Shown here piece after piece: positions 37,454 to 47,709 of a stretch of DNA of 64,000 nt. Source of the stretch: an uncultured bacterium (GTDB lineage Bacteria; Actinomycetota; Acidimicrobiia; Spongiisociales; UBA5794); assembly GCA_963801165.1 (NCBI GenBank), contig CAWDDT010000007.1:1-64000 (forward strand), read 5' to 3'. The position numbers and the translations under genes are program-made. Within the stretch, counting starts at the first letter, position 1, and the number at the start of each line of letters is the position of its first letter. A model generated the notes under the pieces. The model was not told the origin of the DNA. It was given only the letters and a program-made list of their open reading frames with translations, and ran no database searches.

Positions 37454-38797
37454 ATGCTTCCCGACAATTGGAACGAAATGACCCCTGCCGAGCGGCAGGA
37501 ATTCAGGCTTGCCGGCTGGGCATCCGCCGGCGGCATGGACTTTGCCTCCCCGGAGGCCAAGGAGAAGTACAGGATTAGGACCAAGCGGTTCATCGACGTT
37601 CTGAAGCTGCGCGAGCCCGACACTGTTCCCGTCGAGCTGGTCGGCGGCGGGGTGATCGCCGAGCATGCCGGATTCACTCACGGCGACATGATGTACGACT
37701 ACGAGAAGGCCACCGCGGCGGCGCTCAAGATTCACGAAGACTTTGATGTCGATTACCAGGTCGCGGGCAATTTCTGGCCGGGCCGGATGTTCGATCGTCT
37801 CGGCTACAAGCTCTACAAGTGGCCGGGACACAATCTGGCGGACAATCAGCCGTACCAGGCGGTCGAGGGCGAGTACATGATGGCCGACGAGTACGCCGAG
37901 CTCATCAACGACTCGGAAAAGTTCATGCTCCGCAAGTACTTCCCCCGGGTGTTCGAGTCGCTGGGGGCCTTCTCGATGCTGCCGTCGTTCTGGGGCGCCA
38001 CGGAACTGCCGTTTGTGCCGTTCATGATGACTCCGTTTGGCATCCCGCCGGTACAGGAGGCATTCGCAGCGTTCCTCGATGCCGCCAAGTTGTCGCTCGA
38101 GTTCATGGGTGCGATGGGTGCCCTCGGTGGTCAGCTCGCTGCCGTCCACGGTATCCCGGGGACGCTCGGCGGGTTCTCCAAGGTTCCGTTTGACTTCATC
38201 GGTGACACCCTGCGGGGCACGAAGGGCATCATGCTCGACATGTTCCGCAGGCCGGACGAGGTGCTGGCGGCATCCGACGCCCTGCTCCCGATGGCGATCG
38301 AGTTCGCCGTTGGCAACGCCAATGCCTCCGGCAACCCCTTCATCTACATCGTCATGCACAAGGGTGCCGACGGATTCATGTCCAACGACGATTTCAAGAA
38401 GTTCTACTGGCCAGGCTTCAAGAAGCTGATGCTCGGGATCATCGAGCAGGGTGCGATCCCGTTCAACTTCGTCGAGGGTGCCTACAACAGCCGGCTCGAC
38501 ATAATCGCCGAAGACGGTGACATCCCGCCGGGCACGACGATGTGGATGTTCGACAAGACCGACATCGGCGAGGCCAAGAAGAAGTTCGGCCCCTGGGCGG
38601 CCATTGGTGGCAACATCGCCGCCTCGCTGTTCAAGGCGGGGACGCCCGAGCAGATGCGGGACAAGGTGCGCGAGACCATGGAGATCGCCGCACCCGGTGG
38701 TGGCTACTTCATGACCCCTGGTGCGGTCATCGACAATGCCACCGACGCCAACATCGAGGCCTATCTCGCCGCCGGAAAGGAGTACGGCAGGTATTGA
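37454..38797 (+). CDS. UroD-fold protein, probable substrate:corrinoid methyltransferase (MT1)
   Basis: EPDTVP, PFD...LRG..G.M.DM.R.P, HKGADGFMS, FYWP, GGN, APGGGY; operon context. Confidence 0.78.
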   Translation: MLPDNWNEMTPAERQEFRLAGWASAGGMDFASPEAKEKYRIRTKRFIDVLKLREPDTVPVELVGGGVIAEHAGFTHGDMMYDYEKATAAALKIHEDFDVDYQVAGNFWPGRMFDRLGYKLYKWPGHNLADNQPYQAVEGEYMMADEYAELINDSEKFMLRKYFPRVFESLGAFSMLPSFWGATELPFVPFMMTPFGIPPVQEAFAAFLDAAKLSLEFMGAMGALGGQLAAVHGIPGTLGGFSKVPFDFIGDTLRGTKGIMLDMFRRPDEVLAASDALLPMAIEFAVGNANASGNPFIYIVMHKGADGFMSNDDFKKFYWPGFKKLMLGIIEQGAIPFNFVEGAYNSRLDIIAEDGDIPPGTTMWMFDKTDIGEAKKKFGPWAAIGGNIAASLFKAGTPEQMRDKVRETMEIAAPGGGYFMTPGAVIDNATDANIEAYLAAGKEYGRY

Positions 38798-39287
38798 CGA
38801 GGGTGTAGCTCATTGCGGCGGCGGGTGGCCGCTGTCGCATGAGCTTGGATCGCTGTGACGGTTGGGCGAAGGCGGTGACGGTTAGGTAAGGGAATGTCGG
38901 GTCGCTGTGCCCCGCCGTTCATGTTGATCACCGCCACATACCGTAGTTGCCAGATAACGGGATGACCCGGATATTGCCCGGATCTCGGACGCTGGTGGGT
39001 GCTCGATAACGCGCGTGGTGGTTGGTGTTATGGGCGGGCCTTTTCGGGGTTCTGATGCTCCTCTTTCTTGGGAACTTTCTGCCGCTGTTTGGAGTCATAC
39101 TTGGTGAGATCTAGGGCGGCGTTGCCCGAAGCCAGTGGTCCCGACTGTCGTGTCTCCGTGGTGATCGGGATCGAGTGGAGCTTCGCCGTATTTCGGGTGA
39201 TTCTCCCTTCCTGAAAGGGTTTGTGTCGTGTTGATGCTCCGAGGCTTGGCGTTTGTAGGGAAGGCTCGGGACGAGAACCGAGGCAAA

Positions 39288-40468
39288 ATGTTGGTGCGCT
39301 CGGCATTGGTACTTGTGGCGGTGCTTATCGGTGTCGCCGCGTGCGGTGACGGCACGAGCTCGGGAAACTCGTCCACGACCGGTGCGCGTTTGAGTCCGTC
39401 CTCGACCATCGCGGCGACATCGACAACTTCTACCTCTTCGACGACTTCGGTTCCAACGACGACCGTGCCAGGTGCTCTGCTGCCGGATCAGGCTGTCTTG
39501 CCGGTGATGTTGTTCGTGAACGGAGTCGTGTACGACCTCTCGGAGGTCCCGGCGCGCGAGATCGTCGACATCGGACAGTCGAGCGTTCCCTATGCGGGTC
39601 CGCCGATCCTCACAGAGGAAGGGTTGCTGTCGGCCACGGGCGAATCGTATGACGCAACCCTGAACCTTTATCCAGCAAACGGGGGTGATCCCGTCGAGCT
39701 GGCACGTGGGGTTGGCAGCTTCACTCTCAGCCCGGACGGTTAGCGGCTCGCCTGGGCCGAACCGACCCCTACCGACCGTGACGGCGAGGTCAGGTTCTCC
39801 ACACCACCACGTTCAGTGGGTTCCCCTTCCCCGACGTCGACCCGCCGGTGGGATTCGCCGACGCCGTAACTTATGTTGGCGACAACGTCCTGCTGATGAC
39901 CGGAGACGGAGCGGTCGCCGCCGCTGCGGTATGGACACCCGCCACTGGTGATATCACGATCATTCCGGGATACAGCAGCGGGCTAGTCGGCAACGCAACC
40001 GGCAACAGCGTGGTTCTCTCCCAAGGTGACGGACCCTGTGGAGTAATCGCTTCGATCGGCGATGATGGATCGGTCAGCCCTCTCGACGGCGGCGATACGA
40101 ACAAGGCGCTCGACTGTTGGGCAAGCTCGGCCCCGACCTTCTCGCCAGACGGTGCCGTCATTGCCAGCGCAGGAACCGACGGTGAAACCGGGCCACCGAT
40201 CCTGCTGCTGACCTCTGCGGAAGGTCCCGAGCTCGCACGCCTACCGATCAACGACGTTCCCGGGCACTACTTCCAGCCGCACACCATGAGTTGGCTCGAC
40301 AAACAAACCCTCGTACTCCTCGCCTCAAGCTTCGATTCGAACCGGGGGGACGAGGAATGGGAAATCTGGCGATGCGATTCCCAGCAGTCCGAATGCGACC
40401 TGGCACAGGCAATCGACTTCAGCCCCACCGACTTCAACCAAGTCGCTCTCATCGACGCAGTGAAATAG
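39288..40468 (+). pseudogene. Disrupted lipoprotein (beta-propeller-like)
   Basis: Lipobox VAAC; in-frame TAG in FTLSPDG*RLAWAE at 39741, then a frameshift near 39790 into the ...FSPDGAVIA frame. Confidence 0.65.
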
Positions 40469-40647
40469 CGCAATCGAACAACAATCATGCAGCGAGAACG
40501 CAGCACTTCGGCGCGTAAGCGATGACGGCACCTCGAGGCTCGGCTCGGTGGCCACTGAGGGTGGCGCTGCGCGGGGTGGGGGTGCGCTCGTCGGGCTGTT
40601 GAGTCGATCCGGTTGCATCGATGCGCTATTTGTGGCATGTTTGTGGC

Positions 40648-40884
40648 ATGGCAAGAGTCCGGGTTAGTACAACAGTGGATGAAGGGCTTCTCGAAGAAGC
40701 CAGAAGACTGCGAGCCGGAAGTAACGACGCTGCGCTGCTGGATGAGGCGCTTGGCGCACTCCTCGCGCAACATCGTCGAGCCCAGGTTGACGCAGGCTAT
40801 GCAGCCTATGACGCGATACCTCTAGACGAGCCCGATGAGTGGGGCGATCTTGCGTCATTCCGAGAGGCGGCCGGATCGTCATGA
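40648..40884 (+). CDS. Antitoxin (MazE/VapB-like)
   Basis: [12 protein letters not shown]...DEWGDLASF; upstream direct repeat TGTGGCATG x2. Confidence 0.8.
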   Translation: MARVRVSTTVDEGLLEEARRLRAGSNDAALLDEALGALLAQHRRAQVDAGYAAYDAIPLDEPDEWGDLASFREAAGSS

Positions 40885-41210
40885 ACGGTCTGCCCACCCG
40901 GGGTGAAGTCTGGTGGTGTGAACTGCCGGAGGTCTCTCGACGACCGGTCGTCGTCTTATCCCGTGCGGCTGCGATCCCTCGACTGCGAAGGACGGTGATT
41001 GCGCCGTGCACAACCAATATCCGGGGACTGCCTAGCGAGGTTGTGCTCGAGCCGAGAGAAGACCCGGTTCCCAGGGTATCGGCAGTCAACCTCGACTCGA
41101 TCGAGAGCGTCTCGGTGGGATCGCTCACGCAGCGGGTGGGTCGCCTCAGCGATGACCGCATGCGTCAGATCTGTGCCGCTTTCAACATTGCTATGGATTG
41201 TGATCCATGA
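40881..41210 (+). CDS. mazF: PemK/MazF toxin
   Basis: [24 protein letters not shown]. Confidence 0.9.
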   Translation: MNGLPTRGEVWWCELPEVSRRPVVVLSRAAAIPRLRRTVIAPCTTNIRGLPSEVVLEPREDPVPRVSAVNLDSIESVSVGSLTQRVGRLSDDRMRQICAAFNIAMDCDP

Positions 41211-41274
41211 GAAGCGCGATTGTGCGTAGAGCAACAAATATCGAGCGAGAACGAGCACATCGCCGAACCACGCA

Positions 41275-42790
41275 GACCGAAGCCTCTTTGTGTCAAGGGG
41301 GTCTTTTTGGGGTTTGGGCGCGGTGGGTTGGCCTGGCCTGTTCAGGGGGCCGGGTTGGTTCTAGTGTTGGGGCTGGGTCCGGGAAGTGACTTGTCCGAAG
41401 AGCCGGCCTTTCAGGATGTTGAGCCGGTCACGCTGGACTTAGAGTCGTTCCTGAGTGTCCTCCCGGACCCGTTTCGATCAGGTTGCTGTGGAGCGTCGGG
41501 CATCTGCGATGAGGTGCTGGTAGGCCCGATCGGAGATCTTCCGTTTCAGCGCCCGGATGGCTTCCTTGCTGGTTTTGCCTTCCGCGATCTTTTTGTCGTA
41601 GTAGGTGCGGCCCTCGCCGGGATAACGGAGCTGGCAGATAGCGGCGATGTGGATGGCGTGGTTGAGTTTCCGGTTCCCTCTTGGGTTGAGACGATGCCGC
41701 GGCCTGTCGCCTGAAGACGCTTCGATCGGTGCAGTGGCGTTGTAGGTAGCGAAGTGTCCTTTGGTCGGGAAACGGGTGACGTCTCCGGTGAACCCGATGA
41801 TGATCGCAGCACAGATCGGACCGATCCCGACAATGTCAGTCAGGGTTGTTGCTGATGCGGTAACAGCCACTTTGATTCGTTTCTTCGAGGCTTTCAACAT
41901 GGTGTCGAGTCGGGCAATGTCATCGACCAGTTCGGTAGCGATAACCAGCCGATGCCGTGTTACCTCCCCATCGACTGTGACCCTGGTGAGTAGCTGATTC
42001 GCTTTGTTAACAGTGATTTCTGAGCCGATCCCGCCCGGTTCGAGCTCGAGCAACAATGCATGTAAGCGGGTGCAGTGCTTGTTACGTAGCCGGGCCATGT
42101 CGCGGTGTCGTTTCGCCAGTATTCGCAGCACTTGGGTGTGGTCATCTGGCCGGACCCGGGCCAGTCGATCAGAACGCAACGCCGCGATCGCGACCGACCG
42201 GGCATCATTCGGGTCGTTCTTTTGTGACCTTCCCGAGCCCAACACCCGAACCCGCGACGCCAACAGCGGTGGCACATCAAAAACAGTCTCACCGGTCGCA
42301 ACTAGCTGTTGAGCGACCAGATAACCGAGCCCGTTCGCCGACTCGACAGCCCATTCCCGCTTCTCGAAACCAGCAGCCCATTCGCACAGCCGGTCCGTCT
42401 GGCTGGTTGATGCACGGAGCTTGAACTCGTCAAGTACTGCTTCGTTGTCGTCGACCGCCACTGCAGTGTGGGTTGCCTTGTGCGGATCAATACCGATCAT
42501 GGTCATGAGAATGCCTTCCTCCTAGACGATGGTGAACCGAGGTGGGCACTCCTGATTTGGGTCGATGTGTTCTCGCCTCTTTCGAGCCACACCCCAGTCG
42601 GGTAACCGGTCGGCAAGCATCTCGTTCGAAAGCCAACCCCAAAAGGGGTGGCAGGCACTGATAGAGCCCACCGATCGGACCACCCGAACGCTACGGAACC
42701 ACCGCAACGCATGCCACCAGTATCAATCCGGCACTGATGCGTGCCGCGCATCGAGTACCCACAGTGGTGGTCTTGGTTTGGCCGCAGGAT
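41275..42790 (-). mobile_element. IS110-family insertion sequence (ends approximate)
   Basis: Intact transposase flanked by ~200-bp and ~280-bp non-coding segments; lower GC than flanks. Confidence 0.8.
41478..42506 (-). CDS. IS110 transposase/recombinase
   Basis: DEDD residues in GIDPHK, AVES, KNDPND; GIGPI, EASSG, GNRKLN, RALKR. Confidence 0.95.
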   Translation of the reverse strand: MTMIGIDPHKATHTAVAVDDNEAVLDEFKLRASTSQTDRLCEWAAGFEKREWAVESANGLGYLVAQQLVATGETVFDVPPLLASRVRVLGSGRSQKNDPNDARSVAIAALRSDRLARVRPDDHTQVLRILAKRHRDMARLRNKHCTRLHALLLELEPGGIGSEITVNKANQLLTRVTVDGEVTRHRLVIATELVDDIARLDTMLKASKKRIKVAVTASATTLTDIVGIGPICAAIIIGFTGDVTRFPTKGHFATYNATAPIEASSGDRPRHRLNPRGNRKLNHAIHIAAICQLRYPGEGRTYYDKKIAEGKTSKEAIRALKRKISDRAYQHLIADARRSTAT

Positions 42791-43007
42791 CAGAGCGCGG
42801 TGTTGGGACAAGAGTTGCAGTGACGGGACACGAGTCAGAGTCAGGCAAGGAGTGAGATGAAGCCCACAACGATCACGACACTACCGGCACATCTCCGCTC
42901 GGTAGGACGAATACTCTGGTCGTCACGGGTGACTTGCCTCGAGCGCGCTTGGTAGATATCGCCGCGATCCGATCGCCTCGGTAGGCTCGTGGGAGGGAGG
43001 TGCCCAC

Positions 43008-43511
43008 ATGCTGTCATTGCCGGGCCTTGAATTTGCGCTGCCCGAGGAGCCGGGTGCGGATCAGTCGATGCGCGAGCTGCTTACCGGCTGGCTGGATTAC
43101 CAGCGGGCCCATTTCCGCCGCAAGCTGCGTGATCTGTCACCTGAAGGGATGGCGGCGTGGTCGGTGCCGCCGCTCGAGTTGTCGATCCTCGGTTTGATCC
43201 GGCACCTGGCGCAGATGGAGCACTTCTACCTGGCGTGGGGGCTCGGCGGGGGACAGCGTTTCGAGCTGTACGGTGAAGACGACTATGCAGGCGGCAGTGT
43301 CGACACTCTCGCCGAGGACTGGGAGACCTACCGGCGTCACGTCGCCGCTGCCGACACAGCGATCGCCGCTTTGCCGGATCTGGATGCGGTGGGGAAGGGC
43401 CATGGCCGGCCGCTTGGCGCCACACTGGTCAAGATGATCGACGAGTACGCCGTACACAGCGGGGAGGCCCACATGCTCCGTTACGCCGCGCTGGGACGGA
43501 TGGTCAGGTGA
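43008..43511 (+). CDS. DinB/DUF664 family protein
   Basis: WLDYQR, SILGLIRHL..E, MIDEYAVHSGEA. Confidence 0.82.
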   Translation: MLSLPGLEFALPEEPGADQSMRELLTGWLDYQRAHFRRKLRDLSPEGMAAWSVPPLELSILGLIRHLAQMEHFYLAWGLGGGQRFELYGEDDYAGGSVDTLAEDWETYRRHVAAADTAIAALPDLDAVGKGHGRPLGATLVKMIDEYAVHSGEAHMLRYAALGRMVR

Positions 43512-44157
43512 GCGCAGCCCGCTCCAGCCCGTCGATGATCAGGTCGAGGCCGAACTCGAAGGAGTTGCCGAAGGCGTAGCCGTCGCGCAGCACGTGCTCG
43601 GTAGTGAACTCGTGCAGGTTGGGATACTCGCCGGCAAAAGCCTCCATCAGATCAGCAGCAAGGTCGACGATCTCACCTCCGCCTCCCCCGGGAAGCGCAG
43701 CCTCTTCCATGGCAAAGCCGTAGAGATAGCTATCGAGGATGGCATAGGCGTGGGCCGTGAGCTCAACCGACAGTCCGCCGCGCCGGAAGCATCCGAGCAC
43801 CTCATCGTGGTGGCGGAGCGAATCGGCGCCGGGGGAGGTGCGTGATTCCATCACCGGCGGCGCCCAGGGGTGACGATTGAGGACCTGGCGCGCCGAGACG
43901 TACCGGGTCCTGATAGCGCGCTTCCAGTCGACTCCGGATGGCGGCAGCGCGATCTCGGCGAACACCATGTCGACCATACCGTCCACGATCGCCTCCTTAC
44001 TCGGGACGTGGTAGTAGATCGTCATAGGCTTGACGCCGAGTGCGGAAGCCAGGCTGCGAATGGTCAGACCCTCCATCCCCGCCTCGTCTGCAAGCTTCAC
44101 CGCCGTTTCCAGGACCCGATCTCGCGACAGATGCGGCTTGTCCGTTTTAGTGGTCAT
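43504..44157 (-). CDS. TetR family regulator (TetR_C)
   Basis: LSRDRVL..A..LAD...LGVKPMTIYYHV.SK; FEFGLDLIIDGL. Confidence 0.92.
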   Translation of the reverse strand: MTTKTDKPHLSRDRVLETAVKLADEAGMEGLTIRSLASALGVKPMTIYYHVPSKEAIVDGMVDMVFAEIALPPSGVDWKRAIRTRYVSARQVLNRHPWAPPVMESRTSPGADSLRHHDEVLGCFRRGGLSVELTAHAYAILDSYLYGFAMEEAALPGGGGGEIVDLAADLMEAFAGEYPNLHEFTTEHVLRDGYAFGNSFEFGLDLIIDGLERAALT

Positions 44158-44188
44158 CTAGCTCTCCTACAAAAGACTGTTGACATCA

Positions 44189-44237
44189 TCGTACTTAGTA
44201 CGGTAACCTCCGGTCAATTCTTCGTACATTGTACGAA
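44189..44237. promoter_or_regulatory. Two TetR operator palindromes
   Basis: CGTACTTAGTACG and TTCGTACATTGTACGAA in the divergent intergenic region, next to TTGACA. Confidence 0.75.
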
Positions 44238-44258
44238 CGCAACACAGGAGAGAAGGCA

Positions 44259-45272
44259 ATGACTGTAGAGAACACAACCGCGACAACCCGGGACACGATG
44301 CGGGCAGTGGCGCGACACTCATATGGCACACTCGAGCAGGTCCAGCTGGAAAATATCGCGAGGCCCGAGCCGGGGCGTGGCCAGGTGCTGATCGAGGTTC
44401 ATGCCGCCGGGGTCGACCAGGGTGTGTGGCATCTGATGACCGGGTTGCCGTATCTGGTCAGGCTCGCCGGTTTTGGGCTGACCAGGCCGAAGAACCCCAC
44501 ACTCGGTCTCGACGTCGCCGGTCGGGTCGCGGCCGTCGGCCCCGGCGTAGAACGGTTCGCCGTCGGCGACGAGGTCTTCGGTTTTGCCGACGGGTCGTTC
44601 GCCGAGTACGCACTCGCCGAGGAATCGAGCCTCGCCCTCAAGCCCGTCTCGATGACCTACGAGCAGGCCGCTGCGGTACCCGTTTCCGGTGTCACCGCAC
44701 TCCAAGCGCTGACCGACGTCGGCCGGCTGCAACCGGGTCAGAGCGTGCTCGTAATCGGCGCTTCGGGCGGAGTGGGCAGCTACGCGGTCCAACTGGCGGT
44801 GGCTCTCGGTGCCCGGGTCACCGGCGTGGCGGGTGGCTCGAAGACCGACCTCGTGCGCTCTCTCGGCGCCTCGGAGGTTGTCGACTACAAAGCGACCGAC
44901 TATCTCGACGGTTCCCGGCGCTACGACCTCATCGTCGACACGGGTGGCCGCAACCCCGTTCGCAAGCTCCGCAAGGCGCTGACCGACCAGGGCACCCTCG
45001 TCATCGTCGGAGGTGAGGGCGGTGGCCGATGGACCGGTGGCATTGGCCGTCAGATCCGAGCCACGCTGTTGTCGCCGTTCGTGTCGCACCGACTGGCCAT
45101 GTTCATCAGCAGACAGAGCCACGAGCTGCTGGAACGGCTCGGATCGTACCTCGACTCCGGGGACGTGACGCCCGCCGTAGGCCGCACCTACACACTCGAC
45201 CAGGCACCCACCGCCATCGCCGACCTGGAAGCTGGCCGCACGGCCGGGAAGTCCGTCATCAGCGTTCGCTGA
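44259..45272 (+). CDS. MDR-family NAD(P)-dependent oxidoreductase (quinone-reductase-like)
   Basis: GLDVAG, GSFAEY, GASGGVG; no Zn cysteines. Confidence 0.88.
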   Translation: MTVENTTATTRDTMRAVARHSYGTLEQVQLENIARPEPGRGQVLIEVHAAGVDQGVWHLMTGLPYLVRLAGFGLTRPKNPTLGLDVAGRVAAVGPGVERFAVGDEVFGFADGSFAEYALAEESSLALKPVSMTYEQAAAVPVSGVTALQALTDVGRLQPGQSVLVIGASGGVGSYAVQLAVALGARVTGVAGGSKTDLVRSLGASEVVDYKATDYLDGSRRYDLIVDTGGRNPVRKLRKALTDQGTLVIVGGEGGGRWTGGIGRQIRATLLSPFVSHRLAMFISRQSHELLERLGSYLDSGDVTPAVGRTYTLDQAPTAIADLEAGRTAGKSVISVR

Positions 45273-45290
45273 GAGCGAAAGGATCTCGAA

Positions 45291-46052
45291 ATGATCGCAA
45301 CAGATATCACTCGTGACAACGTCCATCTGACGCCGAACTACCCCGGCGCGATGCGCCCCGGGTTCTCACCGCGGCGTGCCGCCCGCATCGCCGGTGTCTC
45401 TTACATCCTCCTGTTCGTGCTGGCGATCTTCGGCAACTTCGTCGTGGTCCAAGGAATGGTCGACCCGGACAGCGGGGCGGCGACGCTGGCGAATATCACA
45501 CGATCACTCGGGTTGTTCCGTCTCGGCCTCATCGCGTTCATGGTGATCTTCCTGCTGGACGTCGTCGTTGCCTGGGCCTTGCACATGGTCTTCCGCGAAG
45601 TTGATCACGACGTGTCGCTCGGTGCGGCGTGGTTCCGGGTCGTCTATACCGTGCTGCTCGGTGTTGCGCTCGTGTTCTTCTATCAGGCGCTTCACCTGGT
45701 GAGCGATGCCGGCCTCGCATCGGCGTTCAGTACCGAACAGATAGGGGCGCAGACATTGGCGGCGATGCAGTCGTTCAACGACGTCTGGCTCGTTGGGTTG
45801 GCGGCGTTTGGTGTTCACCTGGTGATCATCGGGTATCTGGTCAATCGGTCCGGGTACACGTCCAGGGTGCTCGGATGGCTCCTGGTGGCGGCCGGGGTTG
45901 CGTACATCCTCGACACGACTGCAAGGACCCTGCTCGGCAACTACGCGGACTTCGAGAATCTGTTTCTGGCTGTGGTCGCTATCCCGTCGATGGTCGGTGA
46001 GGGATGGCTCGGGCTCTGGCTGCTGCTCGGCAATCAGAAGCCGGCGTCCTGA
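45291..46052 (+). CDS. DUF4386-like membrane protein
   Basis: ARIAGVSY, DVVVAWAL, FGVHL, GE..LGLWLL. Confidence 0.8.
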   Translation: MIATDITRDNVHLTPNYPGAMRPGFSPRRAARIAGVSYILLFVLAIFGNFVVVQGMVDPDSGAATLANITRSLGLFRLGLIAFMVIFLLDVVVAWALHMVFREVDHDVSLGAAWFRVVYTVLLGVALVFFYQALHLVSDAGLASAFSTEQIGAQTLAAMQSFNDVWLVGLAAFGVHLVIIGYLVNRSGYTSRVLGWLLVAAGVAYILDTTARTLLGNYADFENLFLAVVAIPSMVGEGWLGLWLLLGNQKPAS

Positions 46053-46082
46053 GTCTCCCGACCGGGTTTCTACACTCGCCGC

Positions 46083-46514
46083 ATGGAGCTAACGCCACAA
46101 CAACACCAATTTCTCGAGGGCACGCACGGTGCCGCCATGATTACCGTCGGCGGTGACGGGTTTTCCAAGGCGGCGCGGGTCGGAGTAGCGCTCGTCGACG
46201 GCAAGCTGCAGAGCAGCGCCCGCGGCGGCGCCGTGCGGACGGCACGGCTCAGACGAGATCCACGCTGCACCTTGTTCGTTTTCGACTCGCGGTTTTCCTA
46301 TCTCACCCTGGAGACCACCGTGACGATCGTCGGCCAACCCGAGTCGGTCGACGCATCGGTCACGTTGTTCCGTGCCATGCAGGGTCGCCCCGAAGGTCCG
46401 CTGGCCTGGTTCGGCCGCGAGCTCGAAGAAGATGAGTTCCGCCGCCAGATGGTGGATGAAGATCGCATCGTGTTCGAGTTCGAGGTGAGTAGGGCCTACG
46501 GTCTCGTCACATAG
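46083..46514 (+). CDS. PPOX/pyridoxamine-5'-phosphate-oxidase-like protein
   Basis: LRRDPRCTL, YLTLE, MVDEDRIV; TACACT -10 just before ATG. Confidence 0.78.
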   Translation: MELTPQQHQFLEGTHGAAMITVGGDGFSKAARVGVALVDGKLQSSARGGAVRTARLRRDPRCTLFVFDSRFSYLTLETTVTIVGQPESVDASVTLFRAMQGRPEGPLAWFGRELEEDEFRRQMVDEDRIVFEFEVSRAYGLVT

Positions 46515-46692
46515 CGCCGACGAACTCCGCGATCGCTTCGGTGATGGATTTGTGATCGGTCGATGCGGCAGGTCGAATCATCTCAGCACACTTGAGATCG
46601 TGTCCCGGCCATGGTGAGTGTGGATGCCCCCGTCGTTGTCAGCCCGGCCCGGGCTCGTCGAGATCGTGTCACTGCGGCGCGATACGCTGGGG

Positions 46693-47709
46693 ATGTCGTT
46701 TGAGGACACCATGGCACGAGTATTCCAGTTGAACGAGCCCGGCCCCGTCGAGTCGCGGCCGCTGCGCGCCACCGACCGCCTCGATTTCGACCCGGAACCG
46801 GGGGAGGTCCTCATCGACGTATCGGCGTGTGCGGTGTGCCGGACCGATCTCCAGATTGTCGAAGGTGACGTGACCCCGCGGCAGCTCCCGATCGTCCCCG
46901 GCCATCAGGTGGTCGGCACCATCCGGGCGATCGGTGACGGCGTTGCCAACTGGCAACCCGGGGCGCGTGTCGGGGTCGCCTGGCTGGGTGGTACGTGCGG
47001 GACTTGCCGGTACTGCACTACCGGCCGGGAGAATCTGTGCGAGGAGGCGCGGTTCACCGGCTGGGACCGCGATGGCGGGTTTGCCGAGACGATCACCGCC
47101 CGTGCGGATTTCGTCTTCGCCATCCCCGGGCAGTTCACCGACCAGCAGGCGGCGCCGTTGTTGTGTGGCGGCATCATCGGATACCGGTCGCTGAAACTCT
47201 CCGGTATCGAGCCGGGTGGCAGGCTCGGTCTGTACGGGTTCGGCGCATCGGCTCTGCTCGCCTTCCAGGTGGCCAGACACTGGGGTTGTGAGATATTCGT
47301 GGCTACCCGGTCCCGCGCCGAACAGCAGCGGGCGCTCGACATGGGTGCCACCTGGGCAGGCTCGTATCACGATCAGCCGCAGGTGCCACTCGACGCCGCG
47401 ATCACATTTGCTCCCGTGGGGTACGTAGTAGTCGAGGCGCTCAAGGCGATCGCCCCCGGGTCGACGGTGGCGATCAACGCCATCCACCTCGACACCGTGC
47501 CCGAGTTCCCCTACGACCTGCTGTGGAGGGAGCGGAGCATCAGGAGCGTCGCCAATTTCACCCGACACGACGCCCGGGAGTTCCTCGAGCTGGCGGCGGC
47601 TATCCCCGTCGAGACAGTTGTCGATTCGTACCCGCTTTCGGATGTCAACATCGCCCTGGCACAGTTGAAGCAGAGCGAGGTAAGCGGAGCAGCCGTCCTC
47701 TCAGTGTGA
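46693..47709 (+). CDS. Zn-dependent alcohol dehydrogenase family protein
   Basis: CRTDL, PGHQ, CGTCRYC..GRENLC, APLLC, YGFGASA. Confidence 0.92.
   Translation: MSFEDTMARVFQLNEPGPVESRPLRATDRLDFDPEPGEVLIDVSACAVCRTDLQIVEGDVTPRQLPIVPGHQVVGTIRAIGDGVANWQPGARVGVAWLGGTCGTCRYCTTGRENLCEEARFTGWDRDGGFAETITARADFVFAIPGQFTDQQAAPLLCGGIIGYRSLKLSGIEPGGRLGLYGFGASALLAFQVARHWGCEIFVATRSRAEQQRALDMGATWAGSYHDQPQVPLDAAITFAPVGYVVVEALKAIAPGSTVAINAIHLDTVPEFPYDLLWRERSIRSVANFTRHDAREFLELAAAIPVETVVDSYPLSDVNIALAQLKQSEVSGAAVLSV

Noticed and set aside
38800-39230. Possible transposase remnant (…LDLTKYD on the minus strand)
   Set aside because: Too short and degraded to assign a family
39741-39743. In-frame TAG as pyrrolysine or readthrough near a methyltransferase locus
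   Set aside because: A frameshift follows within about 50 bp and no pyl genes are in the window; simple CAG-to-TAG decay or sequencing error is more likely
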